A stretch of 64,000 nucleotides of DNA from Dudresnaya verticillata (lineage: Eukaryota): NCBI GenBank assembly GCA_977862235.1, contig OZ374558.1, positions 1,798,001-1,862,000 of the forward strand, given 5' to 3'. Below the pieces are notes generated by a model. That model made no database searches. It worked only from the letters and a program-made list of their open reading frames with translations, and was not told the origin of the DNA. The position numbers and the translations under genes are program-made. Positions within the stretch are counted from its first letter, which is position 1. Each line of letters begins with the position of its first letter. Positions 27,866 through 38,600 of the stretch are shown here, piece by piece.

Positions 27866-27965
27866 GCAAATGACGGCTCAGCTGATGGAACAGCTGACGA
27901 CGCAGCTAATGGTGCAGCTGATGGCACAGCTGAAGACGCAGCTGACGACGCCAGCAGCTGACGGC
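27866..27965. repeat. Degenerate 12-bp tandem repeat built on CAGCTG
   Basis: cagctgatggaa cagctgacgacg cagctaatggtg cagctgatggca cagctgaagacg cagctgacgacg; related shorter tracts at about 29600-29660 and 51785-51840. Confidence 0.85.
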
Positions 27966-28642
27966 GCACCGTTAATCGCCATTTCCGATTACATTTCTAC
28001 GTCCGCTGGCTGGTTGCATCGAGCGACTGTAACAGAACCTGCACAAACGGAGCTTTCATCGCTTTGCGCATCACGACCAATGCGTACAGCTCTAATTGCA
28101 CGCTTCGTCGAACTGTGAAGGCCGTGTTTACCATATGTGTATAATTGTTCAACGCAGATAAACGGAAGTAGAACGGATCCGTTTCGATTTTCTACTGCTG
28201 TTGGCGACCTAACACGAGCAGCTTTGCTCGCAGCAACGCGTGTAACGCGAATGTGTTCATCCAGGACGCTGACTGTCGCTGTGCCATTTAATAAAGGTCT
28301 CCTCCTCCTGTGCCATGTTGCTACGGAAATGCCACCATTTTAGTCGCCACGCACTGCGCCAGTCGTCGCCAGTCAATCGCGCCGCAATCACACTACCGTC
28401 AAAGCATAGAAAGCAGAGAAAGCATAGTACCGTTGCGAGCCGCCTGACCAGTGCTCTTCGCAGCAAGCACTATCGCAGCCCCTTCTGGTTACCGACGCCC
28501 CCGACGCGTACGAACAATGCGCAAATCCGTTGCTGGCATGACACGTTAAGTGACAACCATATGTGAACACAGTCGCTACTGACTGTTATTGAATTTGGGA
28601 ATGCTGCACATTGGCAACAGCACCCAATGATGGATCAAACGT

Positions 28643-29260
28643 TTTGGCCTCGTTCGTTCATCGAGTTCAAGTCTTCCACGACGTAAACCGCAAACAGTAA
28701 ACCGTAAACCGTAAACCGTAAACATAGAATGTTCACAACAGAGAGCGATTGCCTTTCAGACCGGATCTTGCTTTGAGACGACCTTTTGGAGAAGGTTGTC
28801 CACGCTGTAGCACCATCAATCTTCGTCGTGCTAGGGGCTGTCTGGGCGTGGTGTGCAAAGACAAGAATGCTTCGACAGGCCATGCGCAAGGCCACTTTTC
28901 TGTTTGTAGCACAGCAGACAGCGGACATTGCGCAAAGAAGGATAAAAGTACGCAATTTGCATACAGTGGCACATCAACGCTTTACGTATCTGGTACCGTC
29001 GCCGTACCGTGGTGGTCCCGTCATGGTCCCGTCATGGCCCCGTCATGGTACCGCCATGGTACCTTCGTCTTCGCGCCATGGTACCTTCGTCGTCCCGTCG
29101 TCGTCCCATCGTCGTCCCGTCGTCGTCCCGTCGTCGTCCCGTCGTCGTCCCATCGTCGTCCCGTCGTCGCCCCGTCGTCGCCCCGTCGTCGCCCCGTCGT
29201 CGCCCCGTCGTCGACGCGTCGTCGTCTCGTCGTCGTTCAATCGTCGTCCACTCGTCGTCC
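28643..29260. repeat. Direct repeat 'A', copy 2, with an expanded CGT-rich 11-bp minisatellite (about 29010-29260)
   Basis: Direct sequence match to 27296-27810. The Arg/Ser/Val/Asp-rich ORFs here are translations of the repeat. Confidence 0.9.
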
Positions 29261-29669
29261 AGTCGGCAGTGATGGCCATGGCGGCGTTTTACAGCGTTAA
29301 CGGCGACGAGAACTCTGAATGTTTCTCTTCTCTGACACCGGCACGCCTGAGAGTGCCTCAATGGAGTGGAAAGAGCCTCGAAAAGACGAAATGGCGTGCG
29401 TCCTGGCACCGAAACGGCCCGGCGTCTAGGCCCGTCGATGTCCAGACGTTCTGTGTGTACTTGAGCGTACTCGACCCGACCGACTTCAACCGACTGTGTA
29501 TCCCATCAGCCACCACGATGAACACGTCCGCTCAACCACCTGGGATCTAGCACTGGAACAGGCTGCGGCAGGTTGTACAGCGTGTTACAAGCGTTTACTG
29601 CGCAATTGACAGCGCAGCTGATGGCACAGCTGATGGCAACGCTGGCGACGCATCTGACGGCGCTCTTGC

Positions 29670-32338
29670 CACTACACTCTGCACAACTTGGTAACGTCAC
29701 CATGGCGATGAAGCACACATCTCGGGTTCTCTATGTGAGGTTTCGTCACTTCTCCGGTGTCACAAGATGGAACTGGCAAAATATCTTTGCAATGTTGTGG
29801 AGTGAGCGTCTAGCTACCAAACTGCTGTGTATGCAAGAGCACTCTGTGTTGACTGGTACGCCTTAAACCTGCACGCGGTTCGTTCCCAAGGAATGCCAAA
29901 CTCTGGTATCAGCACATTCTACAGCTCAAGAGCCGGGACCCTTATGCGATGCGAGGGGTTCATACTGTTATACTCTCACGCTGCGCTTAGCTTATGAGGC
30001 CTTCCGTGATCAGTCAAGACTCACATGGTCTCATTTGTTGTAGCGCGTCAATGCATTGTTCATGTGGCCAGTTTTAAAATGGACATTGTTCACATGGAAA
30101 TAGGGGCAGGGCTTCTACCAGCCAAATACACCGCTAATATTGGAACCCCATTGTTCCATCTCTTTCAAGATTGCATAATCGTATCCATCTAATCGACCTC
30201 AGCGACCTGAAGAACGTAAATATTGTGTTGCATCGATTAGAGGTCCTCGTTTCAATATTATTTCAATTCGTGACCCGCTCTGTGCACACCCACATACCTC
30301 AGGATATAGCCAACTTTCAAACATAGATATTGGATATCACAATACCACTTACTAATACTTTCATGCCCCATTGCGCCGACCACGTGCCAGGGCGCCAATT
30401 TCCAAAAGGTCAAGCATACAATAGCTGCAGCTGGCGGACGATCTGAGCTAAACAAGGCACGCAACTGCGCGACGAACTGGCGACGTTGCCGCCTCCTGAG
30501 CTCTACGCCCACTACGTTCTACGCTTGCGCGAGGATGGCCCCAGCCAGATGAATAGCGATACGCCTCGAGAGTGGCTCTACATCCAAATCTTCTAGGATC
30601 TAGACCACCTCTGAACCGACGCTGAGAGTCATATGCAGAAACGCTCTCCAGGTTTGCAGATCGCGCAGATCCCGCACTCGGCCATGAGAGCGGAATCTTA
30701 AGTATGGAACAACGTGTGAAAGCATGACGGCGACGGCGATGATACATTGAGAATCGAACGGATCCCGTTTTCCGCTTGTGGCACAGTGCTCTCCGCAATG
30801 TTGCAGCGAAGAATGTGCTGCCGGATATCTTTCGAAAACGGAGTAGTTTTGTGGACCTTTCCGGCAGCGTCACAATTTCCTAAGACACGGCCAAAAGTAA
30901 ATCAGAAATTCGTCTTGTACCCTGTTCTAGCACATCATGTAAGTTTGGGGACGGTGCAGTGCCGCAAGCTGGAAACATGACGAGCGGCGCATTGCGTGAG
31001 CGAAAATGTGAGCATTGCCGGGACGTGCGAGATGAGACGAGCCTCGCATGACCGCGCCGCCAGTACACCGCACCTCAACGGGATGCTTTCCTGAGATATG
31101 CAAGTCTTGTCGTCCTTATCGCGTTGAAGGACCACAGTGGCATTCACATGCAGTCCAGTTTTCAACCTGTCTAATAGGCACTGTCATTCCGTTCATGGAG
31201 CAAGGAGCCACCATGAAGATGGAACAGTGTGTGAGAACGTCGCCCTGCATGATTCAAACCACCCATAGTTCGTGAAAGAGCACGAGCGTGGCAACTTATT
31301 GAAGGAGGGGCGTTGGGTCTTCGCCAAGGTGGTGATGAATCGAACGCTACGCTGTGACTCTACCGCAGAGCCCCAAGAATATTCTTAGGTATGTTTTTCT
31401 GGTGCACGTTGTATTCCAAACGTACCAAAACCCGAACACTGCCGTTCGCATTATCCTTGATAGGAAATAGCGGCGATCTGGAGGTGAGCAGCTTAGTTAA
31501 AAGAGCTGAGGATCGAGCAGGTTGAAATGTGTTTCACTCAAAGAAGACCGGTACAAGCAGCCTTCAAAGACCGGTTTTGTTCCGGGAAGCGGCAGCGGTT
31601 CTGGACGGCGTGACCGATATTACAGGCCGTTCCCTCTTCACCCTTGTACGATCGGCGTGTAGTGGGTAATACAACCACATCTCTATGTCGGCGTTGCACA
31701 CCGAACACCTTCTTCATCATTCCAACACCATAGCCGTATACAGCTTTGCACGAGCCGTCGAAACAGAATTGCACGGATCGCCTGTCGAACAATCAAGAAC
31801 GGCACCTACTTCGAATTCCATTCCTTCTGTCTATATCAACTGAACCTCACTAGTCGACATGAAAGTATCGGTAACATATGTTTTTTGATTGCTCTCCATA
31901 TCTTAATGACGCCGGACAACGGTCTAGTACAGTTAGAGTTAGACTTTCTGCATCGTTCCTTCCTCCTGAATTCTGTAACAGAGTGTTTTGCCAATCGTGG
32001 AATGGGCATGCTTGATCCTCCGAACCTGCTGGAGATCCTACAAAACCTAAATAAACCTCTACCAATATCAACGCAATGTAGTTGAGCAAGCTGTTAAAGA
32101 GTCCACCCTTCCGCAGCCGAAACACCCCCGACCACTGATGGGCTTGCTACTGCGATAACGAACACAAAAGAATAAAGCTGTGCTACTTGAGTGAGTGCGT
32201 TGGTTCACAGCCCCGCGCTACTGGCGTCAACTGATCAGTCTATTCTCAAGATATCTACGGTTTCCGGTGGGGAATTCGGCTGTAGATGCCGAAACACATA
32301 CACCCAAAGCTTTGGTTGAGTACATTCTAATATCACTA
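29670..32338. repeat. Diverged full copy of unit U
   Basis: Colinear with the array unit, with many SNPs and small indels (e.g. loss of 12 bp at ccttcgaaggta near 31065). It ends at the CRE insertion TSD. Confidence 0.95.
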
Positions 32339-34570
32339 ATATGTGCCTTGCTTCTGGGTCTTCCGAAGCACCCATCGTGTGTTTCTAAGCTTCGTCCTAT
32401 TGTCATTGGTGGCATCCTTCGTCGTTTCGTTGCCCGCCTGTTGATGAAGAAGATTGCCCAGGACAATACTATTCGTGAATACCTTCTTCCTCATCAGTTT
32501 GCAGTGGGAATCCCTCATGGAGCCGAATCTATTATTCACGCCATACGTTTTTTCGTGGAGTCTAATAATGAGCAAGACTATGTCCTTCTTAAGCTTGATG
32601 CCACCAACGCTTTTAACTGTGTTGAGCGTTCTATTATTCTCAGTGAAGTTATCGAAAGAGCTCCTGGCATTGCAAAGTTTGTGCATTTCCTTTTCTCGAC
32701 TGAACCCGTTCTTCTATTTGGTCAGTTTCAGTTGTTCAGTCGGACAGGTACACAGCAGGGTGATCCGTTGAGCATGCTACTTTTTGCTCTCGCGATTCAT
32801 CCCCTGCTCATCAACATGCTCTCTACGTTCTCCTCCATCAAACTTCTTGCTGCATATGCTGATGACATTCATGTTGCTGTTCCGCGTTCTATTGCTTTCG
32901 ATGTTATCCAGTTTCTAAAGACCCAAGGCCCCAAAATTGGTTTCAATCTGCACATAGCAGTGGGGAAAACAGAAGCTTGGTGGCCTTCTTTATCGTCCCG
33001 TCGTGTTTCTCGTTCCACCTCCCTAGGTTGTCCTATCAACAATCATTCTTTTATCACAGTTCTGGGCGCCCCTATTGGCAGTACTGAGGGCTGTTTACAA
33101 CATCTAAGAACTAAGCATGAGCCCATCCAATATTTCTGGGCCCAACTGAAGCAGCTTAATGATCCTCAACTCGTTTTTCATTTATTACGGTACTGTGCTG
33201 GAACTTCCAAGCTTTCATACCTACTGCGATGCACTCCCCCGCAACTAACCCAAGCCATTTCATTAACACATGACTGTGGCATGCGTGGAGTGTTTGAACA
33301 CACACACTTTCCACTGTCGGATGAATCCTGGGATATGGTTTCGCTTCCCATGCGACACGGTGGACTAGGTCTTACAAATGCCCGTCACATTGCCCACTGC
33401 AGCTATATCACCTCCGTTCTGTCCTCTCTCGCCTGGATTCGATGCCTGGTACCTTTTGATTCTCCTACTTTGCACCACTTCCTCGCCCCGTCTCTTCACA
33501 ACATTCGCGAACAGCAACTACTTCGTGAAGATCGTGAAAAATGCAGTGTTTCTTCTATCTTGTCGGCCGCATCTTCCATAGGTCATGGTGTCGTTCCCGC
33601 ATTGTCCCAAGATCTTCTTCCCTATATTCAACGAAAATTGCGAAACGACCTCATGTCCCACATGACTACTCAGCATAGCTCTCGTGCCCGAGTACGGATT
33701 CAATCTACCTCTACTGTCAACTCTAGCCGCCCTTTCAGTGCGCTCCCATATGCATCTTCTTCTACCCGCGTGCAACCCGACATATGGCTCACCATGCTCA
33801 AACTCAGACTGGGTGTGGCGATCTTCTGCGGTGATCGCCCTTGTCCTGCTTGTCTCCAAGGCACATCCGCTGAAGTTCCACTCCTTGATATCTTTGGACA
33901 CCATGCCACAATCTGTCGGTCGGGAACTGGCAGCATTCGCCGCCATGATACCCTCCGAAATCAACTTGGGGCTTTCTTTCGTAATACTGCTCGGAACCAT
34001 GGCGTTACTGTTCAGCTTGAACGCAACTTTTCCTACCTAGAGGAGACTGGGGATTCCCGAGTTATGGCGTCTTCTGCACGCACTGCTTCAGAAAGGCGTC
34101 GCAATGCCCGTCAATTGCAACGTACTGAAGACCGTTTCGAAGAAGACCGACGTGACCATCTTCGTATGGATCTCTATATTGATGACCCTGCGTTTGCTCC
34201 CCTCCCGCAAGCATTTGACGTCTCCGTGGTGACCCCACACCATCCAACTACACAGTCCAAAACGCCTCGCTCTCAACATCAAGCTATTCACCGCCGCGAG
34301 CAAGCTAAAGCCCGTCATTATCGTCGCTTATGTTCTACCAACCGGATAGAACTCCATCCTATGGTGATGGACATCTATGGTGCCATTGGTTCTGGGTTCG
34401 ATCGAGGCGCTCAGCGCGTGGCGAATTTCTTAGCTGCTATGAAGGGCACTTCGCCGATATCTGAGAAACTATCTCTTCTCACCCACCTCACCTCTCTTGT
34501 ACTTCAATCTGTCGCGGTGGCTGTTAACCGCCGTTTACTCTTCGACCGTCGCCTTTCAGATGAGTTTTAG
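32339..34570 (+). CDS. Non-LTR ORF (N-terminally truncated): reverse transcriptase, CCHC zinc knuckle and RLE endonuclease
   Basis: Motifs LRPIVIG, QFAVG, KLDATNAFN, GTQQGDPLS, AYADD, LGAPIG, GGLGL, CPAC...HHATIC, RHD, RMDL...FDVS...K..HY. The track start at 32195 (GTG) lies in host repeat U and is only in frame with the element by chance. Confidence 0.93.
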   Translation: MCALLLGLPKHPSCVSKLRPIVIGGILRRFVARLLMKKIAQDNTIREYLLPHQFAVGIPHGAESIIHAIRFFVESNNEQDYVLLKLDATNAFNCVERSIILSEVIERAPGIAKFVHFLFSTEPVLLFGQFQLFSRTGTQQGDPLSMLLFALAIHPLLINMLSTFSSIKLLAAYADDIHVAVPRSIAFDVIQFLKTQGPKIGFNLHIAVGKTEAWWPSLSSRRVSRSTSLGCPINNHSFITVLGAPIGSTEGCLQHLRTKHEPIQYFWAQLKQLNDPQLVFHLLRYCAGTSKLSYLLRCTPPQLTQAISLTHDCGMRGVFEHTHFPLSDESWDMVSLPMRHGGLGLTNARHIAHCSYITSVLSSLAWIRCLVPFDSPTLHHFLAPSLHNIREQQLLREDREKCSVSSILSAASSIGHGVVPALSQDLLPYIQRKLRNDLMSHMTTQHSSRARVRIQSTSTVNSSRPFSALPYASSSTRVQPDIWLTMLKLRLGVAIFCGDRPCPACLQGTSAEVPLLDIFGHHATICRSGTGSIRRHDTLRNQLGAFFRNTARNHGVTVQLERNFSYLEETGDSRVMASSARTASERRRNARQLQRTEDRFEEDRRDHLRMDLYIDDPAFAPLPQAFDVSVVTPHHPTTQSKTPRSQHQAIHRREQAKARHYRRLCSTNRIELHPMVMDIYGAIGSGFDRGAQRVANFLAAMKGTSPISEKLSLLTHLTSLVLQSVAVAVNRRLLFDRRLSDEF

Positions 34571-34621
34571 ATAAGCCCCCTTACGGGGCTGTAGTCTTTC
34601 CTATGCATAAAGGTCTCCATC
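32339..34621 (+). mobile_element. 5'-truncated CRE-like non-LTR retrotransposon with restriction-like endonuclease, flanked by a 13-bp TSD
   Basis: TCTAATATCACTA lies at 32326-32338 and 34622-34634, and removing the insert restores the U sequence exactly. The short 3' UTR has a hairpin and ATAAAGGTCTC. Confidence 0.95.
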
Positions 34622-35150
34622 TCTAATATCACTACGCTTTGCACAATTTTGGTAGCGTCACCAAGGCGATGAAGCACACATCTCGGGTTCTCTATGTGAG
34701 GTTTCGTCACTTCTCCGGTGTCACAAAATGGAACCGGCAAAATATGTTTGCAATGTTGTGGAGTGAGCGTCTAGCTACCAAACTGCTGTGTATGCAAGAG
34801 CACTCTGTGTTGACTGGTACGCCTTAAACCTGCACGCGGTTCGTTCCCAAGGAATGCCAAACTCTGGTATCAGCACATTCTACAGCTCAAGAGCCGGGAC
34901 CCTTATGCGATGCGAGGGGTTCATACTGTTATACTCTCACGCTGCGCTTAGCTTATGAGGCCTTCCGTGATCAGTCAAGACTCACATGGTCTCATTTGTT
35001 GTAGCGCGTCAATGCATTGTTCATGTGGACAGTTTTCAAATGGACATTGTTCACATGGAAATAGGGGCAGGGCTTCTACCAGCCAAATACACCGCTAATA
35101 TTGGAACCCCATTGTTCCATCTCTTTCAAGATTGCATAATCGTATCCATC
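34622..35150. repeat. Unit U copy, first part (between the CRE and gypsy insertions)
   Basis: Matches array positions 374-902. Confidence 0.95.
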
Positions 35151-35604
35151 TGTAAACTCTGCGTTGTGCTCCTCCGCGTTGTTGTGAAAACTGTACTCTG
35201 CCCCTTCCCTCTCCTTGCGTTTGCTCAGAGAGGAGCAGCTTTTATTGTCATGTTTGCTCCTTCTGTCAGCTCCAGAAAGGTGGAGCTAGACACAAAAGAG
35301 TCATCTTCATTCGTTCTGCCAGCTCCAGTACGTTGGAGCTATACACAGAACAGCCATCCTCATTCCTCCTGCCAGCCCCAGAACCTTGGAGCTAGGCACA
35401 GAACAGCCATCCTAATTCCTCCTGCAAGCTCCAGAACGTTGGGGCTAGACATGGAATAGATAACGTAATACTCTAACGGCATACCGTACTGTGCCACATG
35501 TATAAATCTGAACAGTACTACAAAAACAAATATCCCCCGTCCGAGCTTGAAGAACAAGTCCGTGTTGACGGCTTAAAGTTGTCGCTAGTCTAAATCTCTC
35601 TACA
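35151..35604 (-). repeat. 3' LTR (454 bp)
   Basis: tgtaaactct...ctctctaca; matches 40428-40934 except for a few SNPs and one 53-bp unit; AATAAA on the minus strand near 35241-35246. Confidence 0.95.
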
Positions 35605-35640
35605 GGGCCCCATGCATGCGCCACTAGTGTTGTGTATGCA

Positions 35641-38600
35641 TTATTCGAGAGAGATCTTCAATTCATTGCAAGCCTTCCTAGCGAGTTTTCGCTTGCGTGT
35701 GGTTGACAAAAAGTGCTTCACCTTCTCAGGCACATCTTCATAAAGCTCTTTTAGAGCCTGCCATGTCCAATCAGTGCGGTGTGGCTGCCCAAGCCATTGC
35801 ACCTGAATGAACATTCCGTCATCAGCTTCACCTATGTCAAGCAGTTTGTCCACCATTTCAAAGTTTGCTTCAAGATGCTCGACTTGTCGAAGTAATTTCT
35901 CCGAAACAACAGAACCGTCCAGCTTAGCTCTATATAGCATGAGACGAGCAGCATGAACTACTTCTATCTTTCCATCAATTAGTCCGGTTACTTCATAAAT
36001 AGTTTCGCTAATCACACGAGATATCCTTCGCGGACCTATCCATCTGAATTGGAGCTTGTGTCCCTTGTTCTGGGCACGGCGAACCACCACAAAATCACCG
36101 ACGTCAAAATGGGGTGTCACCAGGTTGGTGCGCTTGTTGTGATGCTCAACCTGCTTCAGCCGAGAATTGGCTACACGTTCTCCTACTTCCTTATGCATCA
36201 AACCCAGTGCCTCCTGTAGTTCATCAATCTTGATAATGCGCCTTGCATTGACTTGTGTTATCTGAACTTCACGCCGATTGCCATCAGCAGCCATAGGAAG
36301 CACAGAACGAGCGGGCTTTATCCCAGTCATTACCTCCAGTGGCGTACGGTACGTGCCATCAGCCCGCGAACCGAGTCTCTTCAGCGGCGCTTCGTTCAAT
36401 GCCGCCATAATCAGGTCCACCACCGAAGGCCAGTCCTGCGGACCGAGCTGGAACTCCGAAAGGAGTGCAGTACAGGCTGCGCGGATATGCCTCATGCACA
36501 CCTCGACCGTCCCGTTGACCCAAGGTGAGTAGGCCACGGCAAATTGATGCTTAATGTTGTAGGTCTTAGCCATTGTATTCATGGCGGTGTTCTTAAAGTG
36601 TGGTCCCTGGTCGCTGACCCAATAGACCATAGTCGTGAACACACGTATCCATCGCGAGATGTTCTTAGCTGCGGCTTCTGAATCTGCAGCTACGCATGGA
36701 CAGAGCCACAGATATGTCGATAGATCATCCCTAATCACCAGCAAATACTTGAGACCGTCCTTGCCTATCCCCATATAAATAAAATCAAAGTGTACGACTT
36801 CGTTAGGCATCGTGCCATGAAGTGTCAGGGAAATTGGCCGTGGTACTCGCTCACCACTCTTAGCGATAATACAGTGCAAGCAGCCTGCCACAAATGCCCG
36901 GGCATCAGCCTCCATTGACCGCCAGTAGAACTGTTCCTTTAGCCGACTTATTGTCGAGTCACAGCCACGGTGACCTACAGTTCCACAATGGCTGACTACC
37001 AAGAGCTTCATCTGTAGTTCAATGTCCGTGTCTGGAATCCAAATAAGATTACCATGCCGCCAAAGCCCATCGTCTCCAAACTTCAGGTCAGTAGGGCGAT
37101 GTCCGGCATTCAACTGCGAGGTCTTGACCATGTCAAACGTTGGGATGTCAAACCCTTCACTGCTCGGTGTTCTCACGATATCTTCCGCCATCATCAAGCT
37201 TGTGATTCTCCTTGCACCCTTGCGCCTACCACGATACCCAGCATACCACCTTGCCATCAAGTCGGCTGCTATATTCCTCTCGCCACTTATGTGTTCTATT
37301 GTGTACATAAATCTTGATAGAAACAATGCCCAACGTTGCACCTTGTTGACAATATGGCGCCCGAGCATTGGATTCAGAGCTGTAGGGTTATACACAAACA
37401 AAAGATTACGATGGTCTGTGAATAAATGTATGTCCTCTTCGCATGACAGCATGAAGTCCATTTTCTCGAATGATTGAAAGACAGCATATGCCTCTTTCTC
37501 AAATGTACTCCAATGTTGTTGAGTCTCATTAAATGCTGAACCGAGAAATGCGAGTGGTTGATGCCTTTGCTCCTCAATAGGAAGACTCAAACAATTCTGC
37601 TCGCACTGAGTGACAATTGCGGCCCAATGCTCGTCAGAAGCGTCCGTGTAATCACAACTCGCCTTCTTCTGATCGCGATGAGCAATTTTCACTGCCTTCT
37701 GTAGTTGTTCTTGCAAACTGTCGAACGCGTTTGCATGCTTAGGGCCCCAGGACAGCGATGAGAGCCGTATTCCCTGGATGGAACGGGATGTACGCTTTCC
37801 TGATTTAGCATAGGCCTGTTCCAACAAATCACGCAGCGGTGCAACCCTTGATGCGAAGTCTGGTAGATATGTGGACATCCATTGTAAACAGTTGACGAAC
37901 TGCGACAACTCCGCTGCGGTCACTGGGTAAAATCCGGTTTTCAACCCACTAAGCCGTCGGGGGTCGCACTGCACCCCTTCGGTGTCAACAATATATCCGC
38001 ACCACTGCAGCTTACGGTCAAAGAGTACGGACTTCTTCGCAGAAACCTTAAGATTTCGTTGCCGGCAAACAGTAAAGAAAATTCGGAGATTAGAAATGAG
38101 CCCGTCTTCGGAGTCGGCGTGGACCCCAAAGTCGTCAAGCCAAGCCTTCACAGCCTTCACCAAAGACTGAAAGCAAGGTTCAACACGCGACTGAAAATTT
38201 TGGACAGCATTCATACCACCCTGGAGTGTCCTTGTGGGTTTGTAAACTCCAGCTGGCGTCACGAAGCTGTGAAGGCCTTGGCTCTCCTCGTGCAGAGGCA
38301 TTTGCCAATAACCTGCACAAAAAGCGATGCTAGCAAAGTACCTGCTGCCCGCGAAGTCGAGCAGTTCAGACTGTATGTGCGGCATCGGCCAAGCCACCGG
38401 CTTCGTATTTTGGTTAGCGCGACGGAGGTCGAACGTCATGCGGTACTTAGTAGAATCAGGTTTCTGAACTAGTAGTGGCGGAGAAGTCCATTCTGCATGC
38501 TTGTTAGGCACCGCCATACCGAACTCCACCAACCTGTCAACCAGTCGCTTCATGTAGTCTCTTTGCTCAGCTGGATAGCGGCGTACTTTAGACATATACG

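Noticed and set aside
28289..28308. AATAAAGGTCTCCTCCTCC matching the CRE 3' terminal motif
   Set aside because: No upstream hairpin, coding remnant or TSD was seen; it could be an extremely truncated insertion or chance.
27444..29550. Long Arg/Ser/Val/Asp-rich ORFs (also 51006-51648)
   Set aside because: They are translations of the stop-free CGT minisatellite, open in several frames on both strands.
35267..35451. CRISPR-like look of the palindromic 53-bp LTR repeats
   Set aside because: The linkers are homologous to each other rather than unique spacers, the repeats lie inside LTRs, and there are no cas genes.
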